A stretch of DNA of 64,000 nucleotides, taken from NCBI RefSeq assembly GCF_006345805.1, contig NC_043013.1, positions 12,152,001-12,216,000 on the forward strand, given 5' to 3'. This document shows, piece by piece, positions 55,380 through 64,000 of this stretch. The notes under the pieces were generated by a model that was given only the letters and a program-made list of their open reading frames with translations, ran no database searches and was not told where the DNA came from. Both the position numbers and the translations under genes were made by a program. The stretch is from Octopus sinensis (taxonomy: Eukaryota). The first letter of the stretch is position 1, and each line of letters begins with the position of its first letter.

Positions 55380-56480
55380 GAATTCTCTTCTTTCTTCTTC
55401 TCCCTTCTTCTTCTCTTCTTCTTCTTTCTTCTTCTTTCTTCTTCTTTCTCCTTCTTTTTCTTTTCTTCTGTTTCTTCTTCTTCTTCTTCTTCTTCTTCTC
55501 TTCTTCTTCTTTCTTCTTCTTTCTTCTGTTCTTCTTAGTCTTTTCTTCTATCTTCTTCTTCTTCTCTTTCTTCTTTCTCTTTTACTTCTTCTTCTCCTTC
55601 TTCTTCTTCTTCTTCTCTCTTCGTCCTTCTTCTCATTCCTTCTTCCTTCTTACTCTACCTTCTCTTCTTCTTCTCTCTTCTCTCTCCCTTCTTCTCTCTT
55701 CTCCTTCTTCTCTTCTTCTTCTCTCATCTTCTCTTTCTTTTCTTCTTCTTCTTCTTCTTCTTCTCATCTTCTCTTCTCTCTTTCTTCTTCTTCTTCTTCT
55801 TCCTTCTCTCTTTCTTCTCTTCTTCTGCTTCTTCTTTTCTTCTTCTTCTCTCTTCTTTTCTTCTTCTTCTTCTTCTTTCTTCTTTTCTTTCTTCTTCTCT
55901 CTCTTCTTCTTTCTCTTCTTCTTCTCTTTCTTCTCCTTCTCTTCTTTCTTCTTCTTTTCGTCCTCTGTCTTCTTCTTTCTTCCTCTTTCTTGCTTCTTCT
56001 TTTCTTCTTCCTGCTTCCTTCTTTCTATCTTCTTCTTCTTTCTTCTCTTCTTTCTTCTATTCTTCTTTCTTTCTCCCTTGCTTCTTTCTCCTACTATCTT
56101 CTTTCCTTCTTCTCTCTTCTCCTCTCTCTTTTCCTCTTCTTTCTCTCCGCTCTTCTTCTCCTTCTGTCTACTCTCTTCTTTCTCTTCTGTCTCTCTCTCC
56201 TTCTCCTCTCTTCTCTTCTCCCTTCTTTTCTCTTCTTCTTCTTCTTCTTCTTTTCTTCGTCTTCACCTTTTCTTTCTTCTTCTTCTTCTTCTTTCTTCTC
56301 TCTTCTTTTTCTTCTTTCTTTCTCTTCTTCTCTTCTTCTTCTCTTCTTCCTTCTTTCTTCTCTTCTCTCTTCTTCCTTCTTCCTCCTCTTCTTCTTTTCT
56401 TCTTCCCCTTCATTCTTCTATCTTCTTCTATCTTCTCTTCTTCTCTTTTTTCTTCTGTCTTCTTCTTCTTATTTTCTACT
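55380..56480. repeat. 1.1-kb degenerate (CTT)n/(CT)n polypyrimidine tract
   Basis: Almost entirely C/T on the + strand; source of the 409-aa L/F/S ORF. Confidence 0.95.
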
Positions 56481-56912
56481 TCTTTGCCGACACCCATACA
56501 GCCACACAAACATATGCAATCACACACACACACACACACACACATACACACACACACCCATACACACACACACACACACATTCTTACACATATTCACAAA
56601 CGTATAAATAAATGCACAAACACACGGGCACAACCACACATACACTTACTGACACACAAAGAAAGAGGAAAATGAAATTTCAATTTCACCCCACCACCAT
56701 CACATTGTATATAATTGTTGTTGTTGTTATTATTGTTACTTTAGTTGTTCTCCTTCTTGTGGCTGTGTACACCATCATCATCATCATCATCATCATCATT
56801 ATCAAGCGCCTTATTCTAAACTGTATTAATATAATTATCAAGTATTAACGTTAGTATTCAAAATAATATTTTATTACTACTACTGTTACTTATCTTTGTT
56901 GTTCTTGTTTCC

Positions 56913-56949
<37 letters not shown>

Positions 56950-57130
56950 GTTAAAGACGTATTAATACAAATTTCTTTACCGTGTATATTTCCATTTTGG
57001 TCTCAATTCATTTCTATGAAAGTCCTATCCACATACACACAAGCACACATAAACACACATAGTCTCTCCATGTCATGTGATATAATCTCAGTTGTTGCGA
57101 TTCTGCGGACGTTAATTATTATTATTATTA

Positions 57131-57171
<41 letters not shown>

Positions 57172-57186
57172 TTATCATTATTATTA

Positions 57187-57244
<58 letters not shown>

Positions 57245-57408
57245 TATTATTATTATTGCTTATATATTTAAGTCTTTCATATCATCATACTACTTGGGAT
57301 AATCAGTTAAAACGGCTAATTTTTTTCTTGTTCTTTCATTTTGCCAGTTCTGCTACAAACCCTATACATTTTATTTTCTGTTATACGAAAATGAAAAAAA
57401 AAGCATAT

Positions 57409-57810
57409 AGGAGTGGCTGTGTGGTAAGTAGCTTGCTTAACGACCACATTGTCCCGAGTCCAATCCTACTGCGTGGCACATTGGGCAAGTGCCTTCCATT
57501 ATAGGCTCGGGCCGACCAAAGCCGTGTGAGTGGATTTGGTAGACAGTAACTGAAAGAAGACCGTCGTATATATATTTGTGTGTGTGTATGTGTGTGTGTG
57601 TTGTGTGCGCGCGCCTGTGTTTGTCCTCCCACCATCGCTTGACAACCGATGTTTTTTTTTTTACGTCCCTGTCATTTAACAGTTCGGTAAAATGATAAAA
57701 TAAGTACTAGGCTTACAGTGAATAAGTCCTGGCTTGACTTGTTTGATTAAAGGCTGTACTCCAGCATGTCCACGGTCAAATGACTGAAACAAATAAAAGA
57801 ATAAAAGAAT
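57409..57810 (+). mobile_element. SINE family A, full length
   Basis: aggagtggctgtgtggtaagtagcttgctt..ggtcaaatgactgaaacaaataaaagaataaaagaat. Confidence 0.9.
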
Positions 57811-57856
57811 ATATATATATATATATATAATATATATATATTATATAAGAATAAAA

Positions 57857-57915
<59 letters not shown>

Positions 57916-58203
57916 GTATGTATATATATATTTCAAGATGTTTCAATGAGCTGACTTAGAACAAAGGTTCTCCACAAGGTCCACATAGTGACTTGTTTCT
58001 TTGGTCTCTTGCCTTGAAGGGCCACAGTATACATCCGACAATTGTCTGCATTTTGCTACCATTTTGGTAATGTGTATATAAAATGAAGCATCATTGCACA
58101 TACTGATCCCCAATTTTTTCACTGGTAGTGACAGAAATTGCAGTGCCTTCGAGTATATGCAGGCTGTAGTGTATATACGTATATACGTATGTATGTATGT
58201 ATG

Positions 58204-58235
<32 letters not shown>

Positions 58236-58304
58236 CATGTATGCATGTATGTATGCATGTATGTATGTATGTATGTATGTATGTATGTATGTATGTATGT
58301 ATGT

Positions 58305-58680
58305 ATGTGCGCTTGTCTCTCTGTCTGTCTATATATATCTGTATACAAAAATGGCAATTTCTGTCTGTTTGTGGCTGTGTGAGTTTGTGAATTTGTTACT
58401 TTAATTCCTCCGAGATTATTCAACCGATCTTGATGAAATTCGATACGCGTGTAGGGTTTATGCCCATGCGGTCACCTACGCACTTATAATTTTTAAAAAA
58501 TTGTTAATTTTTAATAAGCATCGATTTTTCAAAAATCAATAGGACATTTCAATACAAATTCTCATATGAATTTTACTTTCTGCCATAACTTTTAAACGTT
58601 TGTACTCTATTTTCTTGAAATTTTATACACAGATGGAATATGCGCTAAAGATGGATTGAGACAAATAGATATTTACCTAG
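58305..58680. mobile_element. Helitron/Helentron-type non-autonomous element (DINE-1-like)
   Basis: (TCTG) tract, caaccgatcttgatgaaattcg, ccataacttttaaacg..ttcttgaaattttatacacag; assignment is inference. Confidence 0.45.
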
Positions 58681-61135
58681 ACCAATCAAGCAAAGCGTAA
58701 GATGATTTTTGATTAACTGATCAACGAAATTTGACCTAAATTGCTTGTGTTTAACTGTTCATCACTTATTTCAGCATTCACAGGTGGCTGTAAAATGTAT
58801 TTTCTTAAAACCTGCACCTACAATTATCGATTGTAAAGGTTGAAGCGTTGTGTGCTATACATGCAACATGTATTTTCTTGACACCTGCACTTAAAATTGT
58901 CGCTTCTAACCGTTGTAATTGATATTTGATTCTCACGATCAGTGGAACTATACCCATGAAGCACAATCGTCAAATTAAGTACATGTGCACTTAAAATTTT
59001 CTCGCTTGTTGATAGAGAATATGCCGCCAAAGTACGAAAAATCTTCATTTTTGCATGCTTATTTTTCCTCCTCATAGCATCTTAAGACTCTTATGACCAC
59101 CATATTGTCACCTCTACACTCCAGTCGTTTCTTACGAATAAAATCTCTTTTCTCTAAATAATTTTTTGTTTCTTTTTCCAACATTTATGCTCTCTTTTTT
59201 TTTTCATAGCACTCCTTTACAATTCCATCCTTGATGTTCCCATTGGTTATATATTTCCAGCTTTTCACTCATCTGACCAAACGATTGTCATTTTCCGATT
59301 CCACACGTATTTATTTGTATTATTGTTTCGTGAATAAATTTGCTTACGCCTTCTATTATCTGTCCTATGTCTTGATTTCATTTCTCGTCTGAGAGAAATT
59401 AGGCATTGTAAACGGTACTGGGAATATCCCCGGTCCCGAATATTACCGGGTACCTCAGCTAGTATATGTATGTTTCAGGAATATATATATATATATATAT
59501 ATATACATTCCTGAAACAACTGCAATTAGCCCCTTGTCCTTCTCATCCAACTCTGATTTTTTTTACCAGTAATGACTTGTTTGATTTTTCCAAGAGAATA
59601 CCGCTTCCACGATAAATAGAATTTGAAGACATAGATAGTCTATGTATCGAGGCAGCGAGAGATGTGACTGGTAAGCGGTGTCACCAGACGTCTGCCACTA
59701 AGAAAGTCCAATAAAATGAAATCACGTGATCTGGCACTAATCTGTCAGTGATTTGGCAGTGATCTGGCAGCGCCCGAAACAGACGATTCTTTTCTGCTAC
59801 GATTTATATGTGCTTTTATTTACCATGCGCCTATATAAGAGGTCCCTCAAGTCTAATAGCGCAGGATTCCACGTTGTTGATATATTGATTGCTTTGGGTG
59901 CTTACACTTCTTCTGTTGCTCGTATTGTCATAAATTTAACCGAATACCGGTTGTCAACCACTTCGTACTTTAATTTTATTATAAATGTATCTGTTTGATT
60001 AAAACATTGCCGATAGTCAAACTTCATTAGTTGTCTATAACATCCTAGCCTTTTCTGCTGCAGTTTAAATAAGGATTTAGAAAAAAAAATCAGTCTGAGC
60101 GTTAACTGTAGGTATCTTTTATCTTACTTCATTAGTTGTATGATGACCTGAATGCATCTATCTGTGTGTGTGTGTAGGTATGTATGTATGTATGTATGTA
60201 TGTATGTATGTATGTATGTATGTATGTATGTATGTATGTATGTATGTGTGTCATTATTCAGTTTCATTTCAAAATTTCTTGCCAATAGAGAAAGAGATGG
60301 TTTCAAACCTAGATCAAAGGATCCTTCATTGGAACTTCAACAACATCAGGGTATTTTTGTTTCTGTGTATATTTTGTTTTATCTATGTAGTCTCATGCAT
60401 ATCTAGATATGCTCATACATTAATGACAAACTTCTGGAAAGTTTCACAGATTTTTACAGTTCCAGTAATGAGTGGATCTACAATATGTATGTAGTACGTA
60501 TGTATGTGTGTAATACGTACATATGTATGAATTGGTATAAGTAAGTTTGAATATATCTTTTAGCATGCGGATAGAAGGAAAGACGTACTCAATATAAATT
60601 ATTATCACACAGTAAAAGCACCCAGAATATAATAAAAGGCTTATGCTCTCTAAATAAAGTTTATAATAACGTAATGCAGTTACTATGTAAGTACGATACG
60701 TAAATATTATAACATACCTTCGTACGTAGTGTATAAAACTTAAACATACGTATAGTATAAAACAAAGTCATATTCGCAGAGTGTGAAATTATTGCATTTG
60801 GTCACTTATACTATATATTTCACTTTATTGGTGCTATTTATACATGTTCATAATGACGACTAATATCAGAGAACTACACATATTGGTATACTACCAATGT
60901 AGCAAGTATTGGATATTTATTCACTTTCTTCTCGTATTATAATGTTTTCCATGCTATAGTTCTTCCTTTTGAGTAGAAACTTGGTTTTACATGGTTAATG
61001 CTTCTATGATTTCCTTATATATTCCTGCATGAGTCTCTTTGTATGTATGTATGCATGTATTTATGTATGGACGTATTATATAAATATATATCTGTATGTG
61101 TATTATACATACGAGTATAATAGTTGTATCTATCA

Positions 61136-61172
<37 letters not shown>

Positions 61173-61277
61173 TATATATAATATACATATATATATACAC
61201 ACACATATATATATATATATACATATATACACACATATATCTATATATGTATGTATGTATGTATCTATCTATCTATC

Positions 61278-61345
<68 letters not shown>

Positions 61346-61559
61346 CGTTATTGGTCGGATCAAGAAAAATGTAGGCCATCCAGTGACTGGTAAATATCAA
61401 TATATTTAACTATATCATTTAATATTCTTTATAAATTTTGAGCCTGAATAATTACCCGATAATACACACCATGCTTTACTAGCTCATCTGGCTATCATTG
61501 GCGGCATGAAACGTATAACTGTGCACATGTATATATATATATATTTTTTTGTCCGAGTC

Positions 61560-61809
61560 AGACGCCATGATAGATCGTTAGCCACTACACACATTTTTTC
61601 TCTCCTTGTTTCTCTCCTTTTTTCTTTCCTTTTTTCTCTCCTTTTTTACTCTCCTTGTTTCTCTCCTTGTTTTTTCTGTGTATCTTTCTGTAGAAGAGCA
61701 TAGGCTCGAAACGTAAAAGACTTTTTTCTATTCCTGAGCGATATACTAATACATCTGTTTGTTTTGTACACCACCTGTCTTCGTCTTTTGTTATTTTCGT
61801 AAACTTTCC

Positions 61810-61812
<3 letters not shown>
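61560..61812 (+). mobile_element. Short Penelope-type repeat with a hammerhead-like motif at 61683-61720
   Basis: TCTTT-CTGTAGA-A-GAGC-ATAG-GCTC-GAAAC-GTA-AAAGA; homologous to 28817-28985. Confidence 0.65.
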
Positions 61813-61879
<67 letters not shown>

Positions 61880-61896
61880 AATAAATATATATATAA

Positions 61897-61957
<61 letters not shown>

Positions 61958-62289
61958 GTGTGTGTGTGTAAAGGACAACACAGTAGAAATACTTTTAGGA
62001 ATAACGATAAATTACCTAGACGTTTCGATGGAGCTTCGGCCTTTCAGTTCTTATTCCTTTCTCAAGAAAGTGTATAGGACAAGCATAAAGAGCGAGAGAA
62101 AGGGAATATTCATTGTAAAGAGAATGGAACGTGCTTTGGTAACCAGATGAAAATGCTATTCTATATAATGAGCTAAGAGAGCAAATGAAGTGTTGTTAGA
62201 TTCACGTATAAGAGTGTATCTGTCTGGAAGCGGGAATAAGAGTAGTGGCTTGATGTGAAAGTAGGATATACATACATGCATATATAATA

Positions 62290-62321
<32 letters not shown>

Positions 62322-62322
<1 letters not shown>

Positions 62323-62537
62323 GTTAATCTAAACAAGAAAAAACAAAAAAACACAACAACGCGAGGACGTGGAACAAATATAGTATTATTGGACGCTCAG
62401 GAAAGAAGGGAAGAAGGGGGGTTTAACGTTTCGAGCGGAGCTCTTCGTCGGAAACATAGAAGAAGGAAATATCCAGAGAAGGGAAGATAGAGGAAAAAAA
62501 TCGCCAACGGTACACACGAGGTCACATTTTGAAAGGC
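62322..62537 (-). mobile_element. Short Penelope-type repeat with a hammerhead-like motif at 62421-62455
   Basis: Minus strand GTTT-CCGACGA-A-GAGC-TCC-GCTC-GAAAC-GTT-AAAC; shares the downstream cctgagcg with the 61560 family. Confidence 0.62.
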
Positions 62538-63446
62538 CGATATATATATTCGTAGTGAAAGCAATTATGCGGATAAACCTATTAGTTATAACAGCTTCGA
62601 TTTTATATACAATGTGTGTATGTGTGTGCATGCAAGAAGAAAGAAAATACTGATTTTTAGACAATGAATATTTAAATATTAATTTATGGATATTTATACG
62701 GGGTGTTAGAAATTCATAAATTATGTTAAGTTAAACGGGTAAGCAGTTTTTCATGCTGCACTGTAAGGTCAGAATGAAGTCTATTGTCAAAATGGAGGAA
62801 GCTTGGTGTTATTAGACAAAACTGTGAAACTCTAACGAATTGGCCAGACGTTGGCAAACCTTTATAAGCAGAGATAATTGTACCCACCAGTTTCTGTGCC
62901 GGTTTTTTCTGTGAGACAAAGTTGTTCAATTGGATTCTGGAAGATATGATTGCCTGCTTAGTTCGTGCACATTGTGCTTTGTGTTAAGCATTTAGGGATT
63001 TATTTTATGCTCCAGGAATTCGCCAGAACTTTTGTCAGATTTAAAACAATTTCCGTGTCATATCTGGGTCCAAGGATCAAAATCCAAGGTTCGAAAACCG
63101 AATTTGTACTAAGATAGAAATCCAGATTTTATGGAATCCAAATTTTTGGAATGCATATTTTTGAAAAACCAAAATTGTGAGGCCAATTTTGGTGAAAACA
63201 AAAACCGGGATTCGGAGTCCGAATTTCTGAACTGTATATATATGTTACCTTTGTAAATATTTTGACTGCGTAGCTGGTGTAGCATTTGCTTTTTGCTCGT
63301 GTATATATTCGTTTTGTATGTAAGCTGCTCTTTATGCTGACTATTGTTAATAATATTTTAGAGCAAATTTCATGGTGTGTTGTTGTTTTGGGTTCACCGT
63401 ATCCTCGCTGATTCTGTAAATCCAGGTTATGCCCACCAGGTCTTAA

Positions 63447-64000
63447 CATAGGTTTGATCAATAAGTATCCGGACTGGTGCTATAAAAACAAAACTACAAG
63501 AAGTACCAGTTTGGTATTTAATCTCCTTCTTACTAGTCCCCTTTGGAAGCCACACACTTACTTCAGCACTGCTTCCTTTGATGGAAGTATTCCTGCAATC
63601 TGTTTTCTCGAATAATTAGCAGCTGCCTCGTTGCATTTAATTTTTGGAAGGAGGAAAAATTTGCAAGAGGCGAAATGTGGGGAACATGAAGGCGGTCGAA
63701 CCTGGGGAATGCTGTGCCTAGCCAAACACTGCTGTACAAGCTGCGCTGCTTGGACAGGTGCTTTGTCATGGTGCAATTGCAATTCACTGGACTCATGCAA
63801 TTGTAGTCTTTACCGAGTAATAGCATCCTGCAAACGCCGCAAAAGGTCGTGAGAGTACTCCCTGTTTACTGTCTGACCAGGTGGAACATACTCATGATGA
63901 ACAATCCCCTTATAGTCGAAGAAAATGGTCAAGAGGGTCTTCACATTGCTTCGACTCATTCGTGCTTTCTTCGGTCTCGGAGAGTTTGGGGGCCTTCCAC
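63447..64000 (-). mobile_element. Decayed mariner transposon, 3' part, running off the window
   Basis: Minus strand LHHDKAPVQAAQLVQQCLARHSIPQVRPPSCSPHFASCKFFLLPKIK, compared with consensus HHDNAP..YSPD.APCDF.LFPKLK; TIR-like gtttgatcaataagtatccggactggtg. Confidence 0.85.

Noticed and set aside
55378-56607. 409-aa Leu/Phe/Ser ORF, the longest in the track
   Set aside because: A pyrimidine-only tract cannot contain stop codons; no protein signal.
62695-62930. Tc1-like remnant starting TA-CGGGGTG
   Set aside because: Only a weak peptide resemblance and no matching opposite terminus found.

Overview
AT-rich, microsatellite-dense eukaryotic DNA. The SINE repertoire and repeat style point to an octopus (Octopus sp.) genome; this is recognition from sequence, not a database result. 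Nearly all ORFs in the supplied track are translations of (TA)n, (CATA)n, (GATA)n, (CAT)n, (ATT)n or (CTT)n repeats. Supported content: many copies of at least three tRNA-derived SINE families; decayed LINEs (RTE-like 19.7-21.5 kb; Tx1/L1-like 29.1-30.2 kb and 49.0-49.9 kb); a decayed Penelope-like element (44.5-46.3 kb) and short Penelope-type elements carrying minimal hammerhead-ribozyme motifs; Tc1/mariner remnants and a MITE; Helitron-like short elements; several long inverted repeats and palindromes. No intact named gene, rRNA, true tRNA or CRISPR array was found; a few candidate exons are low confidence. Best leads: (1) a young SINE with a 17-bp target-site duplication (TSD) whose 3' tail matches the 3' UTR of a Tx1-type LINE in the same window; (2) that LINE sits in a (GATA)n tract with a 19-bp direct repeat, suggesting microsatellite targeting; (3) a family of minimal hammerhead motifs with recurrent non-canonical cores. 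I cannot establish that any of these is unpublished.
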